A stretch of DNA of 64,000 nucleotides from Gallionellales bacterium 39-52-133. GTDB taxonomy: Bacteria; Pseudomonadota; Gammaproteobacteria; Burkholderiales; Gallionellaceae. Positions 37,202 through 46,627 of this stretch are shown piece by piece (the stretch's first letter is position 1; every line of letters begins with the position of its first letter). The stretch is from assembly GCA_002278935.1 (NCBI GenBank), contig NCJL01000002.1, forward strand, positions 272,267 through 336,266, in the 5' to 3' direction. The position numbers and the translations under genes were made by a program. The notes under the pieces were generated by a model. The model did not search any database and was not told where the DNA came from. It saw only the letters and a list, made by a program, of their open reading frames with translations.

Positions 37202-38809
37202 TTATTCTTGCGTAAAGCTCACACGTTCGAAATCGGCCGATGTGGAGACACTGAACCCCATTTTGATATTGAATTTGTCTTTGTTGGGATGAATCATTTC
37301 AAATGCGCGATTGGATTTGAACACACCGAGAGGAACGATCAGACTGCCGGGAATTTTGAGTGCAGTCATGGCGGGCAGCAATAACGCGGGGAAAGATTTT
37401 TCCTGATCGGCTCCGCCATCTCTGGTTTTAAGCACAACGGGTTGTGCGACACCGGGCAAATATTGCACGCCCATGCGCAAGTTGCCGCTACGGGTCACTG
37501 TCCGCCAGCTAACCGTACCCAGCATAAATGCCTTTGCCTCTTTGGTGCGCAATGCTATCAACTGGTTGCTTCCGATGCGCTCACCACCCTTGCTCTCACG
37601 CAGCAAGCGCGCGCCGAGTATGCTTTCATTCTCGATTGTCCAGCTTTCCAGTTGCTCGATATCAGGAGGGCTGTTTGCGGGAAATGTTTGGGCAACCGTC
37701 GCAATATGCGTTTTACCTGCAGCATTCGGGTCGCTTGTTGTGCCGGAGGGTTTGTAGGGCTTGTTGGCAATATAAGCGTAGATTAAATCAAAACCCGTTC
37801 CCAGTTTTGCCGACACGGTGACGTTTTGGCGCTCAGCCAGGCGGTCACTGGAGCCCTCGCACCATAAATGCAGTAACTGGTTGAGAAATACAACACAATC
37901 CACACCATAAAACTCGCTGCCCAACTCCAGTTGCTGGGGTGCTTGGCCTTGCTGCAACAAAATACTTTTGACACGTAAAAGTTTGCTGAGCGGCACCATC
38001 GCCAGATAGCGCAAATGATCGGATTGGGTGATTTGCTGCAAGTCCTGCAAGCCTTTATTTCCTTGCAGATCAACCGCCAGCGGCGGTGCGTCGCCCTTGC
38101 TCACGATGCAACGACGCTCTATGGTAATGACCTGGGTCCATTGCGTGAGCCAGCGGTCGAGCAATTGCAATTGCGCACGCGAGAGTTCGGCGGGTTTTGC
38201 ATGGCAGGTCAAAAGTATCTTGGCATAAAGCGTGTGGCATGAAATGGGCTGGCCATTGCCGTGCAAAGGGTCATTAATTTTTTCGTGCTGCAATCCATTG
38301 CCTTCCGTAAAGGAATACAGCGCATGCAGTTGCTGCCAAAGCGTGCCATCAAATTCGTAACCGCTACGCAGGTGTTCAATTATTTGCAGGCTGCCGTACA
38401 GCATGAACCGATGACACAGCAAGACGCCATATTTTTCCAGCTGGGTGTTGCCGTCCATAAAATCCTGCAAACAGCGCTGATAACCCGTCAGCATGCCCTG
38501 CCATAAGCCAATGATGGCTGTAAAGACGGCATATTCCTCATCGCTCAGGGGGAGTTTTTTGGCGATCAATTTTTTGGCGTAGTCGGCCTGCACTGTAGCG
38601 ACAGTTTCTCTCAGCTTTTCCAGTGTATTTAACCGGTCCAGCACGCGCATGGGGAGGCGATTGAGTTCATCAATTTGCGCGCGCAGCAGGCCGTGCACGG
38701 CGTGCAAATTGGTAAATTGCAGGCGTGACAGCCACTGTTCGCAACTGGCCGGATCTTTAAAGGCCGGGTTGGCGCGGTCGTCGGTGGGTTCCAGCGGGAG
38801 TGTCAACAT
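37202..38809 (-). CDS. Large conserved-hypothetical protein with a possible degenerate PilZ-like C-terminal region
   Basis: A 535-aa uninterrupted ORF with normal composition. RLAER (RxxxR) is followed ~66 aa later by NESILG (NxSxxG). The rest is helical with no recognisable motifs. Confidence 0.6.
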   Translation of the reverse strand: MLTLPLEPTDDRANPAFKDPASCEQWLSRLQFTNLHAVHGLLRAQIDELNRLPMRVLDRLNTLEKLRETVATVQADYAKKLIAKKLPLSDEEYAVFTAIIGLWQGMLTGYQRCLQDFMDGNTQLEKYGVLLCHRFMLYGSLQIIEHLRSGYEFDGTLWQQLHALYSFTEGNGLQHEKINDPLHGNGQPISCHTLYAKILLTCHAKPAELSRAQLQLLDRWLTQWTQVITIERRCIVSKGDAPPLAVDLQGNKGLQDLQQITQSDHLRYLAMVPLSKLLRVKSILLQQGQAPQQLELGSEFYGVDCVVFLNQLLHLWCEGSSDRLAERQNVTVSAKLGTGFDLIYAYIANKPYKPSGTTSDPNAAGKTHIATVAQTFPANSPPDIEQLESWTIENESILGARLLRESKGGERIGSNQLIALRTKEAKAFMLGTVSWRTVTRSGNLRMGVQYLPGVAQPVVLKTRDGGADQEKSFPALLLPAMTALKIPGSLIVPLGVFKSNRAFEMIHPNKDKFNIKMGFSVSTSADFERVSFTQE

Positions 38810-38810
38810 A

Positions 38811-39221
38811 TCAGGCGGTCAGTTTTGTGTGAATGTGCGCGCTTAAACGATCGCGCATTTCTTCGTTCTTCGAAATTCGTGAGTTGCGAACTGCTGCGCC
38901 CCAAACAGGATTCGGGAAATTTTTGTCGTCCAGGTAACGGGGAATGACATGCCAGTGCAAGTGGGGTGTCATATTGCCGAGACTGGCAAGATTGATTTTT
39001 TCCGGATTCATCACTTCGCGAACGGCGAGCTCCACCGCGAATACGGTATTCATTAATTCGTTGCGCATCGCAGGAGAGAGATCGGTCATTTCTTTTATGT
39101 GCTCATTCCAGATGACGCGACAGAAACCGGGATAATCGTCATCTTCCACCAAGATAACGCGACAATGCAAGCCCTGCCATAGCAGGCTTTCATCGGCAGG
39201 GATGCAAAGTTCACATGTCAT
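38811..39221 (-). CDS. HIT family hydrolase
   Basis: Histidine triad HLHWHVIP. 136 aa. Confidence 0.85.
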   Translation of the reverse strand: MTCELCIPADESLLWQGLHCRVILVEDDDYPGFCRVIWNEHIKEMTDLSPAMRNELMNTVFAVELAVREVMNPEKINLASLGNMTPHLHWHVIPRYLDDKNFPNPVWGAAVRNSRISKNEEMRDRLSAHIHTKLTA

Positions 39222-39401
39222 GGCTATGTAAATTGACTGATCAGATTTATAAACGGATTGTTATTGTAACGGGAAAGCAACTTCTGGAAAACGAACATGG
39301 TTATTTTTCCATGAAGGTGTTCAAAATTGCACGCCAAATGAAAATGGTAAGATAATGCAGGACGTTGATGTGTTCTGTGTGATTGGAATGGGGAGGGCGT
39401 T

Positions 39402-40028
39402 ATGCTGAATCTGGATAAAATTATTATTGAATTCGATAAAGGTTTGCGCACTTTGTTCAGCCAGGCGCACAGCGTGCGAGCCCACCCTGATGCAGGTATG
39501 GCTGAAGGGGCGTTAAGCGAGAGTGAGAAAAATAATGCAGCGGCGCTGATGCGTGTGAATCACTGCGGCGAGATTTGCGCGCAGGCTTTATATCAGGGGC
39601 AGGCATTGACTGCGCGCGATCCGCAAGTGCAGCGCAAGCTGGGTGAAGCGGCACAGGAGGAGACAGAGCACCTGGCGTGGACTGCCCAGCGGGTGTACGA
39701 GCTGGGTGGGCACGTGAGCGTGCTTAATCCTCTCTGGTATAGCAGTTCACTGGCGATCGGAGCCGTTGCAGGGGTGCTGGGTGACAAATGGAATCTGGGG
39801 TTTCTGGCCGAAACAGAACGTCAGGTGGGTGCGCACCTGCAGAGCCATCTGAACGCGTTGCCGCAGAACGACGCTAGGAGCAGGGCTGTGGTGCAGCAAA
39901 TGTATATTGATGAAACACAGCATGCCGAAATGGCTGCGGGGCTGGGTGCTGCCGAGTTGCCACCGCCGGTGAAGTTGGCAATGCAGTTAAGTGGCAAGCT
40001 CATGACACGCACGGCATATTGGGTTTAG
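39402..40028 (+). CDS. coq7: Demethoxyubiquinone hydroxylase (2-nonaprenyl-3-methyl-6-methoxy-1,4-benzoquinol hydroxylase)
   Basis: 208 aa with the two di-iron EExxH motifs (QEETEH, DETQH) and the N-terminus [12 protein letters not shown] typical of bacterial Coq7. Confidence 0.9.
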   Translation: MLNLDKIIIEFDKGLRTLFSQAHSVRAHPDAGMAEGALSESEKNNAAALMRVNHCGEICAQALYQGQALTARDPQVQRKLGEAAQEETEHLAWTAQRVYELGGHVSVLNPLWYSSSLAIGAVAGVLGDKWNLGFLAETERQVGAHLQSHLNALPQNDARSRAVVQQMYIDETQHAEMAAGLGAAELPPPVKLAMQLSGKLMTRTAYWV

Positions 40029-40081
40029 TGCGCTTTGTTTGGCTAAAGGTATAAATTAACAGGCTATTTCCCCGGGCCGGT

Positions 40082-40501
40082 TTAGACGGTTTGAATTACC
40101 TCAAAATCGTGGGTGATGTCCGCGACTTTTCCCAGCATGATGGAAGCAGAGCAGTATTTTTCTGCAGAGAGCTTGATTGCACGTTCCACTTGTTCAGTCT
40201 TTAAATCCTTGCCTGTTACCACGAAGTGAAAGTGGATTTTGGTAAAAATTTTGGGATCTTCAGTCGCACGTTCCGCCTGGATGTCGACGACGCAATCAGT
40301 AACCTGTTGACGACTCTTTTTTAGAATGTGGATGACGTCATAGGTGCTGCAGCCGCCAGTTCCTATCAGCAGCATTTCCATCGGGCGCGGCCCCAGGTTG
40401 CGACCGCCACCCTCGGGTGGGCCATCCATTAAGACGGCATGCCCGCTTTCTGTTTCACCCAGAAATGCTACCTGCTCTACCCACTTGATGCGTGCCTTCA
40501 T
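40082..40501 (-). CDS. OsmC family peroxiredoxin-like protein
   Basis: 139 aa with the GPRPMEMLL..GTGGCS and SAEKYCSAS motifs (two conserved Cys). Confidence 0.85.
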   Translation of the reverse strand: MKARIKWVEQVAFLGETESGHAVLMDGPPEGGGRNLGPRPMEMLLIGTGGCSTYDVIHILKKSRQQVTDCVVDIQAERATEDPKIFTKIHFHFVVTGKDLKTEQVERAIKLSAEKYCSASIMLGKVADITHDFEVIQTV

Positions 40502-40523
40502 GAAATTTTCCTTGAGTAATTTG

Positions 40524-41273
40524 TCAGGATTTTAACCGATACCACAGCATTCCTATGGCTTCATGCAGAAATATTTGAGTGCCATGTAATGCGCCGGCAT
40601 TTGGTACGAAAGCGAGCAGATCTATTTTGTGTCTGGTCGTAAAGGCTGTTGGTGCAGCGATGACTTCAAAACCGGCAGCCTTAAAGACCATTGAAGAGCG
40701 GGGCATATGCCAGGCATGGGTGACCAAGTAGATGCGTTTGATACCTGCTTTTTGCAATAAACGATAACTATAGCGGGCGTTTTCAAGTGTGTTGATTGAT
40801 TCTTCTTCCAGCCATTGCACGGGGGTGTTGAATTCCTGCTCCAGCGCTTGTTTCATAAGCCGGGCTTCTGAAATGCTATTACCCAGAGGCGTGCCGCCGC
40901 TCAGTAGAATGGGCTTTCGGGTGTTACGGTAAAGATGTGCGGCATAGCGCACTCGCTCTAGTGATGCGGTACCAACAGTGTCGCCGGCATATTCGGGAGC
41001 ATGGAGATAGCTGCCTCCACCAAGCACAACAATTGCATCTGCTGAAAAGGTGCTTTCAGTCAGTTTAAGAGGGGGGGCTTCCAGCGAGCGTAACAGGGAT
41101 TCGGCCAGAAAAGGGGTGGAAAATAGCCATAACAGAAAAAAGGCGCTGCTCAGCAGGATGCGTGCAATCTGCGGACGCTTGTGCCATAGCAGAAGACCCG
41201 CCAACGACATGAGAAGCAGATTCAGAGGGGGGAGCAGAATGGCTGCGACCAGATTGGTGAAAAACCAGCTCAT
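40524..41273 (-). CDS. YdcF/ElyC family protein (DUF218)
   Basis: From the ATG at 41273: three N-terminal TM helices, then the DUF218 core AIVVLGGG...LLSGG...THAWHMPRS. Confidence 0.75.
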   Translation of the reverse strand: MSWFFTNLVAAILLPPLNLLLMSLAGLLLWHKRPQIARILLSSAFFLLWLFSTPFLAESLLRSLEAPPLKLTESTFSADAIVVLGGGSYLHAPEYAGDTVGTASLERVRYAAHLYRNTRKPILLSGGTPLGNSISEARLMKQALEQEFNTPVQWLEEESINTLENARYSYRLLQKAGIKRIYLVTHAWHMPRSSMVFKAAGFEVIAAPTAFTTRHKIDLLAFVPNAGALHGTQIFLHEAIGMLWYRLKS

Positions 41274-41771
41274 AAATACAAAAATAAATACTTGAGTCGG
41301 TATGATACTGCATGCGCTTAAAAATAGGTGTGGGGGTAAAACGCAGAAATTTTGCAATACATTGTTTATATTGAGTATTATTTTGTTCTCTCTTTTTGCA
41401 TCCAGTCGCGGTACGTGACTGGATGCAAGCTGAAAAGAAATTGTTCTATCATTTCAAGATTGATTTCGTTTTTTTGTTTATTCAGACGGGAATTTTTGTT
41501 GTCTCCAACAGACTGATATGTCAGGAAATTTCCGCCATCAGAAATCGTGAAAACAAAACTTCCCCTTGTTCCATCAAGTTGTTGTGATTTTCCGGTATGC
41601 ATATTTATGGTGAATTTCCGTGTTAGCAGCAGGCATGGTAACGATGAAATATTGCGTTTGCGTTAACTGGGGGCAGTCAGGAATTTTGACCGGATGGGCA
41701 AATACCAGGATTGGCTATAATTGAGAAAGCCCCACTATTGCTGGCTTTCGGGAAGGCGGCAAACAATGTAA

Positions 41772-41800
41772 TTGACAGGGTTTGCTTGTGTCGATACAAT
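41772..41800 (+). promoter_or_regulatory. Sigma70 promoter of rplM-rpsI with a GC-rich discriminator
   Basis: TTGACA (41772-41777), 17-nt spacer, TACAAT (41795-41800), followed by CCGCGCCC. Confidence 0.6.
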
Positions 41801-41843
41801 CCGCGCCCTTCGAAGTTTACTAATTATTGTTTTAGGAAGTGCA

Positions 41844-42281
41844 ATGAAAACATTTTCCGCTAAGGCGCATGAAGTTCAGCATGACTGGTTGCTGGTCGAT
41901 GCTACTGACAAAATTCTGGGTCGTCTGGCCAGTCAAATTGCATCCCGTTTGCGCGGCAAGCATAAGGCCATCTATACACCACATACTGACACGGGCGATT
42001 TCGTGGTGGTGGTCAACGCAGAAAAACTGCGCGTGACGGGAAACAAGGCTCAGGGCAAGATGTACTACCGTCATACTGGTTATCCAGGCGGTATTTACGA
42101 AACCAATTTTACAAAATTACTGGATCGTCATCCCCATCGTGTATTGTATAAAGCTGTCCGTGGCATGATGCCCAAGGGTCCTCTGGGTTATGCAATGCTG
42201 CGCAAGCTGAAGGTGTATGCCGGTGCAGACCATCCGCATAGCGCGCAGCAACCTAAACCTATTGATCTGTTGAAAGCATAA
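41844..42281 (+). CDS. rplM: 50S ribosomal protein L13
   Basis: [20 protein letters not shown]...GRLAS.IA..LRGKHK, the canonical L13 sequence. Confidence 0.95.
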   Translation: MKTFSAKAHEVQHDWLLVDATDKILGRLASQIASRLRGKHKAIYTPHTDTGDFVVVVNAEKLRVTGNKAQGKMYYRHTGYPGGIYETNFTKLLDRHPHRVLYKAVRGMMPKGPLGYAMLRKLKVYAGADHPHSAQQPKPIDLLKA

Positions 42282-42283
42282 TC

Positions 42284-42676
42284 ATGAGCGTAACTTACAA
42301 CTACGGCACTGGCCGTCGCAAAAACGCAGTAGCTCGCGTGTTCATCAAGCCTGGCAAAGGCGACATTATCGTTAATGACAAGCCGGTGGATGTGTACTTC
42401 TCCCGCGAAACTGGTCGTATGGTGGTGCGCCAGCCTCTTGAGCTGACTGAGACAGTGGGCAAGTTTGACATCATGGTGAACGTACAGGGTGGCGGTGAGT
42501 CCGGCCAGGCTGGTGCGGTACGTCACGGTATCACTCGTGCATTGATCGATTTTGATGAAACATTGCGTCCGGTGTTGCGTGTGGCAGGTCTGGTTACTCG
42601 TGATGCACGTGAAGTAGAGCGTAAAAAAGTCGGATTGCGCAAGGCTCGCAAGCGTAAACAATTCTCCAAGCGTTAA
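42284..42676 (+). CDS. rpsI: 30S ribosomal protein S9
   Basis: 130 aa with GGG.SGQAGA.RHGI.RAL and the C-terminus [18 protein letters not shown]. Confidence 0.95.
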   Translation: MSVTYNYGTGRRKNAVARVFIKPGKGDIIVNDKPVDVYFSRETGRMVVRQPLELTETVGKFDIMVNVQGGGESGQAGAVRHGITRALIDFDETLRPVLRVAGLVTRDAREVERKKVGLRKARKRKQFSKR

Positions 42677-42694
42677 GTCGTTTGGGAGGTACCG

Positions 42695-42721
42695 AAAAAA
42701 CCGCCTGATGGCGGTTTTTTT
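42695..42721 (+). terminator. Rho-independent terminator after rpsI
   Basis: AAAAAACCGCC-TGAT-GGCGGTTTTTTT. Confidence 0.8.
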
Positions 42722-42775
42722 CATTTATTATTCGGTGTTGATAGAGTTTCTGGCGTACGAATTCAGGAGAACGAT

Positions 42776-43804
42776 GTGATCAAGGTCGGAATTGTCGGAG
42801 GTACAGGGTACACAGGGGTTGAGCTGTTGCGTCTGTTGGCGCTGCATCCGCAGGTTGAATTGCGCACGATTACCTCGCGCGCCGATGCGGGAACGCCTGT
42901 TAGCCAAATGTTTCCCAGCTTGCGCGGACATCTGGATATCAGTTTTACCCATCCGGATGCTGCGCATCTTGAACAGTGCGATGTTGTCTTTTTTGCCACG
43001 CCAAATGGTATTGCCATGCAGCAAGCACGTTCCTTGCTGGATGCGGGCGTGCGCGTCATTGATCTGGCGGCTGATTTTCGCATCAAGGATGTAAAAATAT
43101 GGGAAAAATGGTATGGCATGAGCCATGCCTGTCCGGATTTGATCGAACAGGCCGTGTATGGTTTGCCGGAAGTGAATCGTGCACAAATAAAACAGGCAAG
43201 GCTGGTAGCCAACCCAGGATGCTATCCTACTGCTGTGCAATTGGGCTTTATTCCATTGCTGGAAGCGGGCCTGATTGATGAATCGAGTCTGATCGCCGAT
43301 GCAAAGTCAGGCGTGTCCGGTGCCGGTCGTAAGGCTGAGGTCGGATTTCTGTTCGCAGAGGCGGCTGATAGCTTCAGAGCCTATGGCGTGGCAGGACATC
43401 GGCATCTGCCTGAAATTCGCCAGGGTTTATCATCGATCTCCAAGCATGAGGTCGGTTTAACTTTCGTGCCCCATCTTACGCCGCTGATACGGGGTATTCA
43501 TGCCACCCTGTATGCCCGGCTAAAGAAAGATGCGGATCTGCAGGCGTTATTTGAGAAGCGTTACGCTGATGAGCCTTTCGTCGACGTCATGCCTGCTGGA
43601 AGTCATCCTGAAACTCGATCAGTTCGTGGTTCAAATCAGTGCCGCATTGCGGTGCATCGTCCGCAGGAGGGCGATACTGTAGTAGTATTGTCAGCTATTG
43701 ATAACCTGGTGAAAGGAGCTGCAGGCCAGGCAATTCAGAATATGAACATCATGTTTGAAATTCCCGAAGCGACTGCTCTGAATATTGTTCCATTGCTGCC
43801 TTGA
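42776..43804 (+). CDS. argC: N-acetyl-gamma-glutamyl-phosphate reductase
   Basis: GTG start giving [14 protein letters not shown]. Active-site region ANPGCYPT. 342 aa. Confidence 0.95.
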   Translation: MIKVGIVGGTGYTGVELLRLLALHPQVELRTITSRADAGTPVSQMFPSLRGHLDISFTHPDAAHLEQCDVVFFATPNGIAMQQARSLLDAGVRVIDLAADFRIKDVKIWEKWYGMSHACPDLIEQAVYGLPEVNRAQIKQARLVANPGCYPTAVQLGFIPLLEAGLIDESSLIADAKSGVSGAGRKAEVGFLFAEAADSFRAYGVAGHRHLPEIRQGLSSISKHEVGLTFVPHLTPLIRGIHATLYARLKKDADLQALFEKRYADEPFVDVMPAGSHPETRSVRGSNQCRIAVHRPQEGDTVVVLSAIDNLVKGAAGQAIQNMNIMFEIPEATALNIVPLLP

Positions 43805-43810
43805 CTTTTT

Positions 43811-44563
43811 ATGCGATTTAGAAAATTCGAACGAAGATTCAGTATCTCAGCGCAACGTTTATCAGTGCGCCCTCATGTCCCCTGGTATGTGCGCTGGTTG
43901 ATTGCCATCCCTTTTCTTTTAGCATTGGGTGGGGTGGTGTGGTGGGCTTATGATTCCGGTCTTGCTCTGGCAGGTTTTCATCGTGGGCAAGCTGTTAAAG
44001 AGTTGGAGGACTTGCGGGAAAACCTTACTCAGTTGCAGGAAGAAAATGCAAAGCTGGGCAGACAGGCTGCTTCTTTTGAGCGTCAGGCGCAAATGGAATA
44101 TGCTGCAAATCAGGAAATTGCGCATCAGATCAAAATATTGAGTGATGAAAATGTGCTTCTAAAGGAAAATTTGTCCTTTTTCCAGAATTTGCCACTGGTG
44201 CAAGGAGAAAGTGAAAGTGATCTGTCGATTTTGCGTTTGAAGGTTGAGCGCGACTCACTACCAGGCGAATATTACTGTCGCCTGATTCTTGTACAGTCGG
44301 TCAAACAGCGCGGCAAGGCGTTTCAGGGTAATATGCAGTTAATTGTAAATGCTGTTCAAGATGGAAAAAAAGTGGTGCTACAATTCCCAATGGAAAATGC
44401 AGTACAGGAAGTCGCAGCATATCAGCTTAATTTCAAGTATTATCAAGTGGTTGATCGCGCATTTAAAGTGTCTCCCGATGTCACAATTGAAAGTGTGCAG
44501 GTGAGAGTGTTTGAAAAAGGCGTGCGTGAACCCAAAGTAGTACAAAGTGTTGGTTTATCTTAG
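43811..44563 (+). CDS. Membrane-anchored coiled-coil protein (DUF6776-like), bactofilin-associated
   Basis: One TM helix, a heptad-rich segment (LEDLRENLTQLQEENAKLGRQ...), then a beta-rich C-terminus. It lies immediately upstream of the bactofilin gene. Confidence 0.6.
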   Translation: MRFRKFERRFSISAQRLSVRPHVPWYVRWLIAIPFLLALGGVVWWAYDSGLALAGFHRGQAVKELEDLRENLTQLQEENAKLGRQAASFERQAQMEYAANQEIAHQIKILSDENVLLKENLSFFQNLPLVQGESESDLSILRLKVERDSLPGEYYCRLILVQSVKQRGKAFQGNMQLIVNAVQDGKKVVLQFPMENAVQEVAAYQLNFKYYQVVDRAFKVSPDVTIESVQVRVFEKGVREPKVVQSVGLS

Positions 44564-44572
44564 GGAGGGTAC

Positions 44573-44983
44573 ATGTTTGGTTCAGGACACAGTAAGCCGC
44601 AAAATCGAATAGATTCATTGATTGGTGCGGGTACTAGAATAGTCGGCGATGTTCACTTTACTGGCGGATTGCGAGTGGATGGCGAGATTGACGGCAGTAT
44701 TATTGCAACCCCGGGTAAGCCAAGCACTTTGGTTTTAAGTGAGCATGCCAAAGTAAACGGTGAGGTCAACGTTACTCATTTGGTAGTGAACGGTGAAGTT
44801 ACAGGTCCTGTAAGTGTGGCTGAGTATCTGGAACTGCAAAGCAAATCCAAGGTCACAGGTGATGTGCACTATAAAACACTGGAAATTCAGTTGGGCGCGG
44901 TTGTTGAAGGCAGGCTGATACATTTGGCTGATACCAGCGAAAAAGTTGTCGCCTTCAAGTTAAGCAATGCAGAATCAAGCTAA
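44573..44983 (+). CDS. Bactofilin family cytoskeletal protein
   Basis: Repetitive beta-helix pattern (G.V.G.I....L.V...A.V.G.V) throughout. 136 aa. Confidence 0.8.
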   Translation: MFGSGHSKPQNRIDSLIGAGTRIVGDVHFTGGLRVDGEIDGSIIATPGKPSTLVLSEHAKVNGEVNVTHLVVNGEVTGPVSVAEYLELQSKSKVTGDVHYKTLEIQLGAVVEGRLIHLADTSEKVVAFKLSNAESS

Positions 44984-45089
44984 TCTCTTGCGGCAGTATG
45001 TATCGGCCAAGTTCTGCAAGAGTAAGTGCGGGACAGTGACAATGAGATTTAATAAAAGCTTTTATTAACGAATACTTAAGGAGTTTATT

Positions 45090-45440
45090 ATGAATGCAGT
45101 AACTGAAATTCAAGATCCATTGCTGTTTACTGAAAGTGCAGCCAACAAGGTGAAGCAGTTGATTGAAGAGGAAGGCAATGCGGAACTGAAGTTGCGCGTG
45201 TTTGTAAGTGGCGGCGGTTGTTCAGGCTTTCAGTATGGTTTTACGTTTGATGAAGTCATCAATGAAGACGACACTGTAATGAACAAGAACGGTGTGCAAT
45301 TGCTGGTTGACCCCATGAGCTTTCAATATCTGGTCGGTGCTGAGATAGACTATCAGGAAGGCCTGGAGGGTGCGCAGTTCGTTATTAAAAATCCGAATGC
45401 GACTACTACCTGCGGATGCGGATCATCATTTTCAGCTTAA
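45090..45440 (+). CDS. erpA: Iron-sulfur cluster insertion protein
   Basis: 116 aa A-type carrier with GGGCSGFQY and the C-terminal CGCGSSF. Confidence 0.9.
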   Translation: MNAVTEIQDPLLFTESAANKVKQLIEEEGNAELKLRVFVSGGGCSGFQYGFTFDEVINEDDTVMNKNGVQLLVDPMSFQYLVGAEIDYQEGLEGAQFVIKNPNATTTCGCGSSFSA

Positions 45441-45457
45441 GATAAGGCTGATATTGG

Positions 45458-45490
45458 AAAAAAGCAGAGACTGTTGCTCTCTGCTTTTTT
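45458..45490. terminator. Bidirectional hairpin terminator between erpA and anmK
   Basis: A6-GCAGAG-loop-CTCTGC-T8, flanked by convergent genes. Confidence 0.7.
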
Positions 45491-46588
45491 TTATGCCTGG
45501 TGGATCGCTCCCAGTATGCAGGGATGGCGGGCGCCTGTAACCGCGGGCAAATTGGCGCATTGCCCTTTCAGTGTTTGCTGGGCGAGCCAGGCGAATGCCA
45601 TTGCCTCGATCCAGTCAGCCTCCAGGCCGAGACTGTCTGTGAGTTGAATACTGCAGTCAGGCAATGCTTTGCCGATACTGTCCATAAGTGTCAGGTTGTG
45701 TGCACCTCCACCGCATATAAACACTTCTTTAGCTCCGTCAGAATAACGCTTAACTGCTGTGCTGATTGCGTGAGAGCTAAGCGCAAGCAGTGTGGCCTGC
45801 ACATCGGCAGGTTGTTCATTCCCGCGTAATTTTTGTTTTAACCATTGCATATTGAATAAGTCACGTCCACAGCTTTTGGGGGGCGGCAAGTGGAAATACG
45901 CTTCATCAACTAATGATTGTAAAAGCTCGGGGATGACAGTGCCGCTGGCTGCCCACGCTCCATCTTTGTCATATGTTTTGTCAAGATGGAGTTTGATCCA
46001 CGCGTCCATCAGCAAGTTACCCGGGCCGCAATCAAATCCGCTGGTAATTATCCCGGGCGCAAGGTTGGTGAGATTGCTTATTCCGCCAATATTAACAATG
46101 ACTCGATGGGTTTCCGGGTGCCGCATCATTTTATCGTGAAAAGCAGGAACCAGCGGGGCGCCTTGTCCCCCGGCGGCGATGTCTCTGTTGCGAAAGTCAT
46201 TCACGACTGTAATCCCGCTTAATTCCGCCAAAAGCGGGGCGTTGCCGAGTTGTAAAGTGTAGCCAGATTCGGGGCAATGCCTTATGGTCTGGCCGTGACA
46301 ACCTATTGCCCGTACTTTCTCTGCACTTAAATTTGCGGTCTGCAACAATAATTTTGTCGAGTGTGCAAAACGATGCGATAGTTCGTTTGCCAGCAAATGT
46401 GATTGATGGAGTTCGTCTGGTGTCGGCAGGTGTAAAGCCAAAAGTTTTTCCTGAACGGATGCTGGGTAAGGCTCGTAATGTGTGGCCACCAACTTGGGTA
46501 GGTCGCCAGAAAAATCCATCAAGGCGGAGTCTATGCCATCCAGGCTGGTGCCGGACATGATTCCGACATAAAGTTCAGATGGAATCAC
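45491..46588 (-). CDS. anmK: Anhydro-N-acetylmuramic acid kinase
   Basis: N-terminus YVGIMSGTSLDGID, an internal DFR..D.A.GGQGAPL motif and CGGG near the C-terminus. 365 aa. Confidence 0.9.
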   Translation of the reverse strand: MIPSELYVGIMSGTSLDGIDSALMDFSGDLPKLVATHYEPYPASVQEKLLALHLPTPDELHQSHLLANELSHRFAHSTKLLLQTANLSAEKVRAIGCHGQTIRHCPESGYTLQLGNAPLLAELSGITVVNDFRNRDIAAGGQGAPLVPAFHDKMMRHPETHRVIVNIGGISNLTNLAPGIITSGFDCGPGNLLMDAWIKLHLDKTYDKDGAWAASGTVIPELLQSLVDEAYFHLPPPKSCGRDLFNMQWLKQKLRGNEQPADVQATLLALSSHAISTAVKRYSDGAKEVFICGGGAHNLTLMDSIGKALPDCSIQLTDSLGLEADWIEAMAFAWLAQQTLKGQCANLPAVTGARHPCILGAIHQA

Positions 46589-46627
46589 GTGTCGATTAAA
46601 TCTCGAGTTGGGAAATTTGACTGAACA

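Noticed and set aside
41378-41602. 74-aa ORF (minus strand) in the AT-rich gap between the DUF218 gene and rplM
   Set aside because: It has no Shine-Dalgarno sequence upstream of the ATG, low-complexity Asn/Lys-rich composition, no family resemblance, and a hairpin (GCATCCAGTC...GACTGGATGC, 41398-41426) inside it. It is probably non-coding promoter or leader DNA.
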